Source of the DNA: Syntrophorhabdaceae bacterium
GTDB taxonomy: Bacteria; Desulfobacterota; Syntrophorhabdia; Syntrophorhabdales; Syntrophorhabdaceae
Direction: 5' to 3'
Assembly (NCBI GenBank): GCA_963665295.1
Contig: OY762209.1
Coordinates: forward strand, 4,704,001-4,768,000
DNA length: 64,000 nucleotides
Shown here: positions 36,143-46,478 of the stretch, one piece after another
Position numbering within the stretch: the stretch's first letter is position 1
Layout of the letters: every line of letters starts with the position of its first letter
Program-made: the position numbers and the translations under genes
Notes under the pieces: model-generated
Database searches by the model: none
The model's input: the letters and a program-made list of their open reading frames with translations, nothing else
What the model was told of the DNA's origin: nothing

Positions 36143-37321
36143 TCAACTCCCTTCAGCCGGGGCCGCACCCTGTCTCTTCGCGGACTTTCTCGGCTTCACC
36201 GCCATATTCCTGGTCAGATAACGCAGGTCCCCGGTAATATTCTTTCCTGTGATGATAAAGGGCGGCATTTGCGTCTTCTCCTTACCGGGGTTCGACGCGT
36301 CGTACTCCACCTTCAGGATGGTGAGACCTTCCCTTGCGCCCTTGTACCGGTCCAACTCGAAGTACTGGTTATCCCATAAGAAACAGAAGCGCTCCTTCTC
36401 GACGATATCCGTCTTTGGGTCTATCAGGTTCTTGAGCGTGAGGTATTCCTGCTCGACGATCAACTCTTCCTCTTCGATCCATCCTCCGGGCTGCCTCGTA
36501 GGCCTTCTTCTGAAAAGAAAATAGAGATACGCGCCGTGCTGTCCTCTCTTTCTGATGTGGACCTCTTCCGTCTTGCTCTTGGACCTGAGATGGATTTCCT
36601 CTATCTGTATCACCTGGTGGATGGGGAGCATGCCGTATTCGACGGAGGTCACTATATATTTCTCTTTCCTCTCAAGGGGGGCACGGATGCCGAGGAGTTG
36701 GGAGATGGTCTCGAAGGTCCGGGCAATCTTCCCCTTAAAGTCGGTCCGGTTGTCGATGATCTTGAAGTGGGGATGGCCGAGCCAGCTCTCCCTCGTCTTC
36801 TGGTCGATGAAGCGCGCCTCTTCCGGAGACTCGATCCTCGCAGTGTTATTCTCTCCCGTATAGTATTCCTCGGCCCCCTCCGCCGCGGTAACGAGGTGGA
36901 TAACGCCGTTATACCGGTCCCGTACGTTCACCTCACTCAGACCTTTACGCCTGAGCATCCCCCTGAAGTCTTCATGGGGGATAAAGGCCTTGATATCCAT
37001 TATGCCCCTGTCGAGGAGGATCACCTTCTTCCTGTCCGGAAAAATGGAGGCCACCGCCTTCTTGTAGGTCTCCTCGAAGGCGAGTTGCATGTCGAAAATG
37101 GTCTCCTCGAACATGACCACCTGTCTCGCCTTGTCCATCTTCCTCCTGTCTATGCCATTGTTGGTGATAAGGGTGGCTGTCTCGGGGATCACGAAAACCA
37201 TGAACCCGTGGTCGGAGAGTTTCTCGGTGAGATAGGCAAGGGACGAGCTTTTGCCCGAGCAGGGTCCGCCCGTGAGGACGATCATGTTTACCGGCTGTAT
37301 CAGTCTGGCGGTCGCTATCAT
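36143..37321 (-). CDS. AAA_28/NadR-type P-loop kinase fused to a CYTH-like domain
   Basis: LTGGPCSGKS, LLDRG, HLVTAA; ERKEKY..RKRG..FELD. Confidence 0.82.
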   Translation of the reverse strand: MIATARLIQPVNMIVLTGGPCSGKSSSLAYLTEKLSDHGFMVFVIPETATLITNNGIDRRKMDKARQVVMFEETIFDMQLAFEETYKKAVASIFPDRKKVILLDRGIMDIKAFIPHEDFRGMLRRKGLSEVNVRDRYNGVIHLVTAAEGAEEYYTGENNTARIESPEEARFIDQKTRESWLGHPHFKIIDNRTDFKGKIARTFETISQLLGIRAPLERKEKYIVTSVEYGMLPIHQVIQIEEIHLRSKSKTEEVHIRKRGQHGAYLYFLFRRRPTRQPGGWIEEEELIVEQEYLTLKNLIDPKTDIVEKERFCFLWDNQYFELDRYKGAREGLTILKVEYDASNPGKEKTQMPPFIITGKNITGDLRYLTRNMAVKPRKSAKRQGAAPAEGS

Positions 37322-37601
37322 GGGTCTCTGCCTTCCCTCTCAGTCCTTTAGTACCACAAACAGGATGTCTTTTCAATGATGCAATTTCCGGTCTCTGCGA
37401 GGGACAAAGACGCTCCCCGACAAGTCGCCGTAACGGGAACGGATACTCCCGGTCGGGGGGGTCTGTACGAACAAGTGTAAATTGGTGTACAATATGCGGT
37501 CCTTACGCAGCATGGTCGGACCCGGCTGGAGAGACCCGCCGGGGTCCGCAGCAGGCAGGAACACAGTCTATGATACCTGCCGTCTTGAAAGGAGAATATA
37601 G

Positions 37602-39020
37602 GTGACGAAACCCACGGCTTCAACCGGAATAAGAGCTTCACGCAGGACATCCCCGGCGTGGCTTCTCGCTTTTCTGTTGCTCTTCGTCTTCACGTCCGGG
37701 CCCGGCGTCGCATCCCAGGATAGGGGGAAGAAGACGGAAGCGGACATAGAGGCGACCCTTTCCAGAATGGCGGAACTCTACAAGGCAAAAGATGTGGCGG
37801 GACTCATGACCATTACGGCGAAAGAAAAGGACGTGACGGTCGTCGGCATATTGGAAGAAGAACCTCTGGTCGGTTACGACCGGATCAGGGCAGGACTCGA
37901 AAGGACCTTCGCGGGGCTTACAGAGATCAAATCCATGGAGGTGAAACCCTACGCCGTCTCTGAATCGGGTGGCGTCGCCTGGCTTGCCGCGGACGTGCGT
38001 CTCATAGCCGTAACAAAGGGGAAGGGCGTGGACCTTCACGGGAACATGACGGCAGTCCTCAGGAAAATTTCAGGAAGATGGCTCTTCGCGCAGAGCCATT
38101 TCTCTTTTCCCCGGCAGGCCGAGGAAAAAGAAACTGTCTCGCTCGCTGTTCCTCCCGTCCTCGGCAGAGTACAGAAGAAGGTGACCACCATGCTCAACGT
38201 AATCGACGCGGAGCTTGCCCAGGCAGCCTCGGAGCTGTCAAAAACAGGCCTCACCGGTCCGGCTGCCCGTGGGGTCGTCCAGGACCTCTGCAAAAGGACC
38301 GCTCATGCCGTTGATTGTGCCGCAGTGGACGGGAAAGGCAGAATGGTGATCGTGGAGCCGAAGGGCTACGCGAAAGTTGAAGGCTCCGACATAAGCGCGC
38401 AGGAACAGGTGGTGCGGCTTCGGCAGACGGGTCAGCCGGTCTTGAGCGAAGTCTTCCTCACCGTCGAGGGTCTTGAGGCAGTGGATCTGGAACACCCGGT
38501 TTTTTCCCGGAAAAAGGAGTCTCTCGGTTCAGTGAGCGTGCTGATGAAGCCCGAATCGCTTCTTAAAAGGGCCATCCTTGCCGAGGCCCGAAAAACACCC
38601 TTCGAGGTATGGGTCATGCAGGCGAACGGACGCATCCTCTATAACCAGGAGTACAAAGAAATCGGCAAAATCCTTTTCACGGACGCCCTATACAAGCCAT
38701 ACCCCGAACTCCTCTCCCTGGGACGGCGGATCGCGAGCGAAAAGAACGGCCAGGGAGCCTACAGGTTTCCGGCCCCGGGTAGCGACAAACCCGTAACCAA
38801 GGTGGCCTTCTGGACCACTGTGAGCCTCCACGGCGCCCAATGGCGCATAGTGGCGAGCCGGGTACTCGACCCGGCGGGGGTGATAGCAGGGAAACCTTCC
38901 GAAAGGCAGGGCGGCCGCAGCACTCTCCGTGAAGGCGGGAAGGTCCCGCAAGTCTCATCGGCAGGGCCCATCGGAGGATTGCCTGCACCGAAGGGCGACA
39001 ACGAGGGAATACGGAAATAG
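37602..39020 (+). CDS. exported SnoaL/NTF2-like + dCache-like domain protein
   Basis: Signal peptide; MTAVLRKISGRWLFAQSHFS; GSDISAQEQV..PVLSEVF..WVMQANGRILY; no downstream TM. Confidence 0.7.
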   Translation: MTKPTASTGIRASRRTSPAWLLAFLLLFVFTSGPGVASQDRGKKTEADIEATLSRMAELYKAKDVAGLMTITAKEKDVTVVGILEEEPLVGYDRIRAGLERTFAGLTEIKSMEVKPYAVSESGGVAWLAADVRLIAVTKGKGVDLHGNMTAVLRKISGRWLFAQSHFSFPRQAEEKETVSLAVPPVLGRVQKKVTTMLNVIDAELAQAASELSKTGLTGPAARGVVQDLCKRTAHAVDCAAVDGKGRMVIVEPKGYAKVEGSDISAQEQVVRLRQTGQPVLSEVFLTVEGLEAVDLEHPVFSRKKESLGSVSVLMKPESLLKRAILAEARKTPFEVWVMQANGRILYNQEYKEIGKILFTDALYKPYPELLSLGRRIASEKNGQGAYRFPAPGSDKPVTKVAFWTTVSLHGAQWRIVASRVLDPAGVIAGKPSERQGGRSTLREGGKVPQVSSAGPIGGLPAPKGDNEGIRK

Positions 39021-39034
39021 GAGACAGATTTCAT

Positions 39035-39469
39035 ATGGTGCAAAAGAGCGGGTATGAATGTAAGGAATGCGGATTCACCGTTCCCGCGGAACCGGACGAT
39101 CATTTCTACGTGACAAACGACTGCGGTGAACGCATCCCGTGCGAGGCCCACCGCGAGCACGAGGTCATCGCCCAAGTCCTGGGCATCGGTGAGGAGGCAC
39201 TGTGCGCCTGTTCCTGGAACCCTTTGGCGAGAGACGTCCCCGTGGACCTTCTCGAGGAGAGGATCGGCTACGAGTCGCAGTGCATCTGCTTCCATTGTTT
39301 TGCGGTATTCGGCCTTGACCTGAGGCGTGACATGAGAATCTGCCCTTCCTGCGGCTCTCAGGAAGTGAAGACCCGCCTGGAAACTGAGGGCCTGCCCTGC
39401 CCCCGGTGCAAGGAAGGAAGGATTGGACATCCTTCCGCCCGTGACGGCTCCGTGGGAGCGCATGGATGA
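39035..39469 (+). CDS. multi Zn-ribbon protein
   Basis: CKEC, CFHC, CPSC, CPRC. Confidence 0.7.
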   Translation: MVQKSGYECKECGFTVPAEPDDHFYVTNDCGERIPCEAHREHEVIAQVLGIGEEALCACSWNPLARDVPVDLLEERIGYESQCICFHCFAVFGLDLRRDMRICPSCGSQEVKTRLETEGLPCPRCKEGRIGHPSARDGSVGAHG

Positions 39470-39492
39470 CATTGAATGAAGGTGATACTACC

Positions 39493-39984
39493 ATGGCAAT
39501 AGATTCAAAGGGATTTGAAAGACAGGGGACATCCTCGGAGGCGGTCTTTGAGGACGCGACGGTTTACCCTGTATCATTGCAGGCGCTCAGGTTCACGAGG
39601 GCCTGGACCACCCTCGGGTTTGTCCTGGTGGGAGCGATCACTTACCTGTCTCTCGCGCCCGCGCCCTCCTTTAGCGGCCCCTCTTTCCCTCACTCCGACA
39701 AGATGGGGCATATAGCTGCCTATGCGGCCATGATGATCTGGTTCGGCCAGGTGTCCCGCAAACGGGTTGTCTCGGTTCTCGTTGCCTGTGGTCTCGCCCT
39801 GCTGGGCGTGGCCCTTGAGTTCCTCCAGGATACAACCGGGTACAGGACCTTTGAATACCTGGATATGGCGGCCAACGCCACCGGTGTGACGATCGGCCTT
39901 TTTCTCTCCTGGACAAAACTCGGCACCTTGCTCCAGGGCTTTGAAAGCCTTTTTACCAAACCTTCAGACCGCAAGGGGACATAA
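39493..39984 (+). CDS. VanZ-family membrane protein
   Basis: DKMGHIAAYA, LEFLQ, RTFEYLDMAAN. Confidence 0.8.
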   Translation: MAIDSKGFERQGTSSEAVFEDATVYPVSLQALRFTRAWTTLGFVLVGAITYLSLAPAPSFSGPSFPHSDKMGHIAAYAAMMIWFGQVSRKRVVSVLVACGLALLGVALEFLQDTTGYRTFEYLDMAANATGVTIGLFLSWTKLGTLLQGFESLFTKPSDRKGT

Positions 39985-40031
39985 ACTCTTTCCCGCAGCG
40001 GTCCTCTCATGGTAAGATTCTTCCGTTCGCT

Positions 40032-40469
40032 ATGAAAACGGTAATCGCCGCAATTATTGTGAGAAACGGAAAAGTCCTCATCGGCAGAAGGAAGGGGGAC
40101 TCTTCCATGGCCCTGAAATGGGAGTTCCCGGGCGGCAAACCGGAACCCGGAGAGACGCACGAGGCATGTCTGAGGAGGGAACTCCTGGAGGAATTGGAGA
40201 TTGAAGCGGAAATAGGCAATTTCTACTGCTCCGGTACGTCCGTGTCCGATTCCCCGGAGGGTATCATGCTCCGTACATATGTCGCTTCATACTGTTCAGG
40301 CGATATCATGAGACTTCACGCCCATGAAGAGGTAAGATGGGTGACGCCCGTAGACCTCATGACCTATGATTTCCCCGAGGCCGACAGGCCTGTGATCCTG
40401 AAACTGATAAATGACTATGGGCGGCGGATCGAGAGACCGGTGATGCCCGTGATTGAGGAGAAACGATAA
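40032..40469 (+). CDS. MutT-like NUDIX hydrolase
   Basis: WEFPGGKPEPGETHEACLRRELLEEL Nudix box. Confidence 0.9.
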   Translation: MKTVIAAIIVRNGKVLIGRRKGDSSMALKWEFPGGKPEPGETHEACLRRELLEELEIEAEIGNFYCSGTSVSDSPEGIMLRTYVASYCSGDIMRLHAHEEVRWVTPVDLMTYDFPEADRPVILKLINDYGRRIERPVMPVIEEKR

Positions 40470-40864
40470 TGACTTCCCGCTTTGAAACAGATTGTACCTG
40501 CCCGCCGGAAAACAGCGAGATCGTGCTGAATACGTGGCCCATAAACCGTGTGGCCCTCACAATGCTCACGGAGGCAGGCGAAACGCCCGATCCGGGTTGC
40601 CTCTATATTCTACAGCTTGTCCTGTGGGCACTCAGGACAGGGAAGGCCGAAGCAGAACCCGATGTCTACGAGACCGTCAACGCAATGACAACGTGGAGGC
40701 CCGAAAGGCTTATGAACTTCCTTTTACTCCGGGAAGACGGCGTATATGAGCCCCCGGCCTGGAGAGAGGCGGAAGATGCTTCCTGCCTGGCGCTTTTACT
40801 TCTTGAAGACCTCGAGAGAAAAATGGTGATACATTTTCCCTGGTACCGGAGTCTGGAACAGTAG
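40469..40864 (+). CDS. hypothetical protein
   Basis: Coupled (TAATG) to the NUDIX gene. Confidence 0.6.
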   Translation: MTSRFETDCTCPPENSEIVLNTWPINRVALTMLTEAGETPDPGCLYILQLVLWALRTGKAEAEPDVYETVNAMTTWRPERLMNFLLLREDGVYEPPAWREAEDASCLALLLLEDLERKMVIHFPWYRSLEQ

Positions 40865-40878
40865 AGGGGCGGGGCGGA

Positions 40879-41586
40879 TCAGATCCGGAGCAGGTGGCCG
40901 TTCTCCTTCAGCCAACACCTCTGCTTCTTCCAGTCGGGGCAGATCGTTTCGAGGAAATCCCAGAACCGCCTTGAATGGTTTTTTTCCTTTATATGGGCAA
41001 GTTCGTGGAGAATCACGTAATCTATGACCGGATAAGGGGCCATGAGAATCCGCCAACTGAATGACAGTCTGTCAGCGTGCGAACAGGAACCGTAGCGGGA
41101 ACGGGCGCTGGTGATGGTAATACCCGTGGGTACAAGGTTGGTGCGAGCGCTGTAGCGGGCGACCCGTTCTGCGAGCTCGCGGCGCGCCTGCAGCTTGTAC
41201 CATCCCGCGAATACCTCCGGCGCTCTGTCCGCTTCATCGCACCTCAGGCAGAACGTGCCATATAAGAGCGTAAGGGGGAGCCGGCTGTCCGACCCTACGA
41301 TCTCCAGAGGGTAGGCCTCTCCCAGGTACAGGAATTCTTCCCCCGGGAGAAATTTCCTTTCCCTGTCCGGGTCCGGGGAGTTTGCCCTTTCCTTCAGTTT
41401 CCTCCTGATCCATCCTTCCTTGTCCGCAAGAAAACCGTCTGCCTCTTCCCTCGTTATACGCTGGGGCACGAGGAGCACGATGGTCCCGTCCCGCTTGATC
41501 TGGAGACTGAGGGTCTTTTTTCTCTTCCTGCTCCGTACAAGCTCGTACTCGATACCGGAGGCGCGCCTAGATGCCAATCTCCTCAC
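40879..41586 (-). CDS. YgjP/DUF45 (M48-like) metallopeptidase-domain protein
   Basis: RYGSCS, DYVILHELAH..NHSRRFW. Confidence 0.88.
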   Translation of the reverse strand: MRRLASRRASGIEYELVRSRKRKKTLSLQIKRDGTIVLLVPQRITREEADGFLADKEGWIRRKLKERANSPDPDRERKFLPGEEFLYLGEAYPLEIVGSDSRLPLTLLYGTFCLRCDEADRAPEVFAGWYKLQARRELAERVARYSARTNLVPTGITITSARSRYGSCSHADRLSFSWRILMAPYPVIDYVILHELAHIKEKNHSRRFWDFLETICPDWKKQRCWLKENGHLLRI

Positions 41587-42955
41587 CCTTATGGGGCACG
41601 TACGTTTTGAGGCCCAGCTTTTGCCTCACGATAGACTCAAACTCGAGGCAAACTGCTTCTTCGCCGTGGACAATGAAGACTTCCGGATCCTGGCTGAAAA
41701 AGCCGAGCCACTCGAGCAGTTCCTTCTGGTCCGCATGGGCGGAAAAACCGTTTATGGTATATATCTTTGCCCTTACGGCAATTTCCTCACCGAGGACGCG
41801 GACCGACCTCGCCCCGTCAACGATATATCTGCCCAGGGTGCCCTTGACCTGGAAGCCGGTGAATATTATGCTGCACTCCGACCGCCAGAGGTTGTGCTTG
41901 AAGTGGTGGCGTATGCGGCCCCCTTCACACATGCCGCTGCCCGCGATGATGATCGCCCCGGATTTTATCTTGTTGAGGGCCTGTGATTCCTCGGGGGTCT
42001 TCGTAAAATGGAGTTTCATCCCGTCGGTGCCGCGGGCCTTGAACATGCTTACTGCTCCGGGATCGAAGTATTCGGGGTGATGGAGGTATATCTGGGTAGC
42101 TTTGTCCGCGAGAGGGCTATCCACGTATACGTCGATATTGGGAAGTCTTCCTTCCCTTGTAAGCTGAGCGAGTATATAGAGGATATCCTGGGTCCTTCCC
42201 ACGGCAAAGGCGGGAATAAGGACGTTGCCTCTCCTCCTCAGGGTATCCTTGATGGCCTGCGCAAGTTCGTCGACGCTTTCGCTGACCCCTTTGTGGAGCC
42301 TGTTCCCGTAGGTCGATTCGACCAGCACGTAGTTCGCTTCCTTCATATAATGGGGATCATTGATGATAAAGTTCTCTTTCTTGCCCACATCCCCTGAAAA
42401 GACAATTTTTCTTTCCCCTTCGGGACCGTCATACCAGAGTTCGAGGGAACTGGAACCGAGTATGTGACCCGCATCGACAAAACCGTACTTTATACCCCCC
42501 TTCAACTCCTGGGGCGCTCCATAGTTCGCCCTCTCGATAAGGGCCACCACCTTCTTCACGTCCTCTTCCCTGTAAAGAGGTTCTATTATCTGGTCCTTCC
42601 CCATTCTGAAGGATTTCTTGGTCGCCCATTCCGCGTCTTTTTCCTGAATATGGGCCGAATCGTAAAGCATGATCTCCACAAGGTCGGCAGTACCGGCTGT
42701 GGCGATAATCTTGCCTTTGAACCCCTCCATGACCAGTTTCGGCAGGAGGCCCGAATGGTCGAGATGGGCATGGGTAAGGAGTACATAGTCAATCTCTTCG
42801 GGGTTGAAGGCAAAGGGAGCCCTGTTTACCTCATCGGCATTCTTCCCCTGATACATACCGCAATCCACAAGGATCTGGGTATCTCCCGTGGACAGATGAT
42901 AGCAGGAACCGGTCACAACCCGGGCAGCTCCCAGAAACCGTATCTTCATATACAC
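41567..42955 (-). CDS. MBL-fold beta-CASP ribonuclease
   Basis: THAHLDHSG, AGHILGS, ESTYG, FSAHAD, VHGE. Confidence 0.92.
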   Translation of the reverse strand: MYMKIRFLGAARVVTGSCYHLSTGDTQILVDCGMYQGKNADEVNRAPFAFNPEEIDYVLLTHAHLDHSGLLPKLVMEGFKGKIIATAGTADLVEIMLYDSAHIQEKDAEWATKKSFRMGKDQIIEPLYREEDVKKVVALIERANYGAPQELKGGIKYGFVDAGHILGSSSLELWYDGPEGERKIVFSGDVGKKENFIINDPHYMKEANYVLVESTYGNRLHKGVSESVDELAQAIKDTLRRRGNVLIPAFAVGRTQDILYILAQLTREGRLPNIDVYVDSPLADKATQIYLHHPEYFDPGAVSMFKARGTDGMKLHFTKTPEESQALNKIKSGAIIIAGSGMCEGGRIRHHFKHNLWRSECSIIFTGFQVKGTLGRYIVDGARSVRVLGEEIAVRAKIYTINGFSAHADQKELLEWLGFFSQDPEVFIVHGEEAVCLEFESIVRQKLGLKTYVPHKGEEIGI

Positions 42956-43080
42956 ACCTCGGTTTTCAGTTTTTTACAGACAAAAAAATGGTGATGGGGA
43001 CATTATATATTGACAGGCCTCGTTTTACAAGGGACATGGACGTCCCGGACCCGAAACTACATCGATAACTCCGTCAAGAC

Positions 43081-43299
43081 CTAAGCTGTTTTGACCTTGC
43101 TCTTTTTGTCCATTTTCATGGCGTGAATCTTGACGGCCTTCAACTCCTGGTCTTCCCACCTTCTCTGGGCCCTCTCCCCTTTCCGGGTGGGGTAGCCGTC
43201 ATACACCCTTCGACCGCAGATCACGCACGCGTGAACCATGATCAGGTTGCCCAGGTCGTCATCCCTGTACATCTCGATCTTGCATTTGGGACATAACAT
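43081..43299 (-). CDS. small Zn-ribbon protein
   Basis: GGAGG RBS; MLCPKC...CVICG. Confidence 0.65.
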   Translation of the reverse strand: MLCPKCKIEMYRDDDLGNLIMVHACVICGRRVYDGYPTRKGERAQRRWEDQELKAVKIHAMKMDKKSKVKTA

Positions 43300-43312
43300 G
43301 ACACCCTCCTGT

Positions 43313-43582
43313 CTATTGGCCGGCGCCCTGCGGGGGCCGTCGCCTGTTTCTTCCGTCGATCCAGAGGTTCCCGTTTTGAAGCATCTGCCACGCCCTTTCC
43401 TTGTCTCTTTCCTGCTCCCTGAGGTACTCGCTGTCATCGGAATCGATCACATACGCAGTCTTGTCTTTGTCCCTGATCACTTCCATGGTATCTTTCGCCA
43501 ATGCCGGTGATCCCGCGCCTCCCACGGCCACGCAGGACAGGGCGAACAAACTTCCGAGAAATAAAACGCTCAAGCTCTTCAT
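43313..43582 (-). CDS. small secreted hypothetical protein
   Basis: AAGGAG RBS, signal peptide. Confidence 0.65.
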   Translation of the reverse strand: MKSLSVLFLGSLFALSCVAVGGAGSPALAKDTMEVIRDKDKTAYVIDSDDSEYLREQERDKERAWQMLQNGNLWIDGRNRRRPPQGAGQ

Positions 43583-43904
43583 ACTCCTTCTCTACCTCCT
43601 ATCTCCATAATAATCATTATAGCAATCAACATCAAACATGGTGAGTCGCTCTCTATATGATCGGCAAAATAATTCCTTTATTAAGCTTCCCTGCCCGGCC
43701 GACAGCACCAACGCAGGTATGACGAAATCAAATGCAAATTGAATGCCGCGAAGAAACAAAGAAACCACCAGAAGGGAGCGGCCCTCCCGTGAGATGCAAG
43801 TTGACCTTCCCCTCTCACAGTAATTAAGATAGACTTGTAAGAAAAGCCCATCGCGCGGGTCACGCGGGTCCTATCACGGCCGGCCCGGTCACAAGGAGGT
43901 ATCC

Positions 43905-44423
43905 ATGGCCAAGAAGTTCCTGTCCGTGTCGCTGATTTTGCAGGTGATATTCCTCTGTATTGCCGCCGGTGGAGCCCTCGCCTTTAATGACACCGATCTT
44001 CAGAAACTTAAGAAGACGGGGCAATGTTCGGGTTGTGACCTCGCCGGGGCATACCTGACGGGTTCCAAACTGCCTCAGGCGAACCTGAGCGGGGCGAACT
44101 TGTCCAACGCGAGCCTGTCCAATGCGGACCTTGCCGGGGCGAACCTGAGCGGGGCGAACCTCTACGGCATAAATATGACCGCTTCGAAGTTGGACGGGGC
44201 GAATCTTACCGGGACGGACCTGAGTAAAGCGATCCTCACCGGCGCGAGCCTCACGAAAGCAAAACTCGCCAACGCAAACATGACGGGGACCGCCCTCTGG
44301 GATTCGAACCTGTCGGGCGCCGACCTGAGTGCGGCAAACCTGTCCAAAGCCAATATGGGCGGCGCAACATGGACCGACGGGATAAAATGTAAAGAAGATT
44401 CTGTGGGGGTCTGTGCCAGGTAG
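43905..44423 (+). CDS. secreted pentapeptide-repeat protein
   Basis: A(N/D)LSG repeats, signal peptide, CxxC and WTDG..C..C caps. Confidence 0.9.
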   Translation: MAKKFLSVSLILQVIFLCIAAGGALAFNDTDLQKLKKTGQCSGCDLAGAYLTGSKLPQANLSGANLSNASLSNADLAGANLSGANLYGINMTASKLDGANLTGTDLSKAILTGASLTKAKLANANMTGTALWDSNLSGADLSAANLSKANMGGATWTDGIKCKEDSVGVCAR

Positions 44424-44525
44424 ACGGCGGGAGGCGGATTATGCCGGATTGAAGGCATAGTATCCGCCCTGGTCTCCTCCGTAGTCCTATGTTCAGGCAG
44501 GCGCTTCACGCGCCCGCCTTCTTCC

Positions 44526-44831
44526 CTACTTCCCCTTTTTTGCTTTCCCTTTTACTACAACGTTGACTGTTTCTTTGAGGCTCTTTCCCGCGGTAAACTT
44601 CGGGGCTTTCTTGGCGGCTATCTTTATTTCCTGACCGGTTTTGGGGTTTCTGCCTTTTCTCGCCTTTCTCGTAGCTACGGAAAATGTCCCAAACCCCACG
44701 ATCGATACCTTATCTCCCTTTTGAAGCGCGTCTTTTACGGAACCGACGACTACTTCGAATGCTTTTGCTGCAGTACTCTTTGTTACCTTGATCTCTTTGG
44801 CAATCCTTTCTACAATCTCGGTTTTTGTCAT
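44526..44831 (-). CDS. hup: HU family DNA-binding protein
   Basis: MTKTE..GFGTF..GRNPKTG..PKFTAGKSLK. Confidence 0.93.
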   Translation of the reverse strand: MTKTEIVERIAKEIKVTKSTAAKAFEVVVGSVKDALQKGDKVSIVGFGTFSVATRKARKGRNPKTGQEIKIAAKKAPKFTAGKSLKETVNVVVKGKAKKGK

Positions 44832-45117
44832 CTACCCTTCCTCCTTGTACGTAATAATTTCAGGCAAAAAAGTTTGCCTGTACTGCAGACCGTTGTAGAA
44901 CAAGCATCTAGTTGAACATTATTACACAACTATTTATAAATGCAAGTTTTTTGTGCACAAATGACACAAATAATTTCAAATTTCACGAGGAGATGTTTCG
45001 TCATGTTCCGTCCGGCCCGCCTGAGTGGGCTTTCAAGAGGCCAAAAGCTGATAATTGTCTGGAAAGAAAGGAAGAAAATCTGGTACAACATACGAAATTC
45101 ACACAGGGAGGAAACAG

Positions 45118-46086
45118 GTGACGGACACAGGCAGGGATCAATGTTTCGAACGGCTCGCCCCTGAGATAAAGGCTTTTCTCGAACGGACTGCAAAAGCCGG
45201 GCAGCCGCCGTTGTCCCTTGAAAACTACGGGGCGCAACGCCTGTTTATCGAATCCATCTCCCGGAAAATGAAGAGCGGCGCTCACTCCACAGGAAAGGTG
45301 ACGGACAGGTCCATACCGGGTCCCTCGGGAGAAATACCGGTGCGAGTTTATACCCCGGAAGCCGGGGGACCGTTGCCCATGCTTCTCTTTTGTCACGGCG
45401 GAGGGTGGGTGGTAGGCAATCTCGACATGGGAGAAAACATCTGCCTTTCCCTCGCGGAGAAGACGCCCTGCATGGTCATTTCCGTGGACTACAGGCTTGC
45501 CCCGGAGCACCCCTTCCCTGCGGGCCTGAACGACTGCTATGCCGCGCTCCAGTGGGCCGCTGAAAGAGGGGGCTCTTTAGGAGGAGACCCCGGAAGGATC
45601 GCCGTCGCGGGCGAGAGTGCGGGCGCCAATCTTGTCGCCGCATCGACGCTTATGTCGAGGGAACGGGGCGGTCATGCCCCCGTCTTCCAGGTCCTCTTCT
45701 ACCCCGCATTGAACCTTGCCGATTTCAACGCGAGGTCGCACCGGGAATTCGGCGAAGGGTTTCTCCTTGCCCGCGCAGATATGGAGGCCACACGCGCCCT
45801 CTATGCGCCGGACGTGAAGATGTGGTCAAATCCCTACGTATCCCCGCTCCTTGCCTCTGACTTGAGAGGCCTTCCCCCGGCGCTTGTCATCACCTCGGGA
45901 TGCGACCCCTTGAGGGATGACGGTGAAGCATACGCGAAGCGTCTTCAGGATGCGGGAGTACCGGTGAGATATATTTGCTACGAGGATATGGTCCACGCGT
46001 TTCTTTACTTTTTCGCGTCCTCAAAAAGTGCAAAGAGCGCTCTGGAAGAGGCGTCGTCAGCGCTCCGTACGGCCTTCGGCAAGTAA
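45118..46086 (+). CDS. HSL-family alpha/beta hydrolase (esterase)
   Basis: HGGGW, DYRLAPEH, GESAG, DPLRD, H; GTG start after GGAGG. Confidence 0.9.
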   Translation: MTDTGRDQCFERLAPEIKAFLERTAKAGQPPLSLENYGAQRLFIESISRKMKSGAHSTGKVTDRSIPGPSGEIPVRVYTPEAGGPLPMLLFCHGGGWVVGNLDMGENICLSLAEKTPCMVISVDYRLAPEHPFPAGLNDCYAALQWAAERGGSLGGDPGRIAVAGESAGANLVAASTLMSRERGGHAPVFQVLFYPALNLADFNARSHREFGEGFLLARADMEATRALYAPDVKMWSNPYVSPLLASDLRGLPPALVITSGCDPLRDDGEAYAKRLQDAGVPVRYICYEDMVHAFLYFFASSKSAKSALEEASSALRTAFGK

Positions 46087-46114
46087 CCGGCATCTTCAGG
46101 CGGCGGGGCGTCTC

Positions 46115-46453
46115 CTAACCCTTCTCCCATTCTTTCCAGACCTCGGGCATGTAGCCCACTGTGGCCTTCTTTCCGTTCCTCACTATGGGGGTTTTGAAGA
46201 GGAGGGGGTCGTTAAGCAGTTCTTCCTCCACATTATGGGTAAGGTATTTGAGGTTTCGCCGGGAGTACTCCTTGCCTCCAGTGTCCATAAGGCTGTCCAG
46301 ACCGACTGCCGCCTTGATGTTTTGAAGTTCTCCCCTGCTCGGACCTTTCTCAGCCAGGTTGATGAACTGAAAAGGTATCCCTCTCTCTTTGAAATACCTT
46401 TGTGCCTTTTGCGTTTCCCGGCATTTAACCGTACCGAATATCTGGATATTCAT
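46115..46453 (-). CDS. ArsC/Spx-family thioredoxin-fold protein
   Basis: CRETQKAQRYF..LFKTPIVR. Confidence 0.85.
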   Translation of the reverse strand: MNIQIFGTVKCRETQKAQRYFKERGIPFQFINLAEKGPSRGELQNIKAAVGLDSLMDTGGKEYSRRNLKYLTHNVEEELLNDPLLFKTPIVRNGKKATVGYMPEVWKEWEKG

Positions 46454-46478
46454 AATCTTATGGGGTTCCGGGCCGTGG

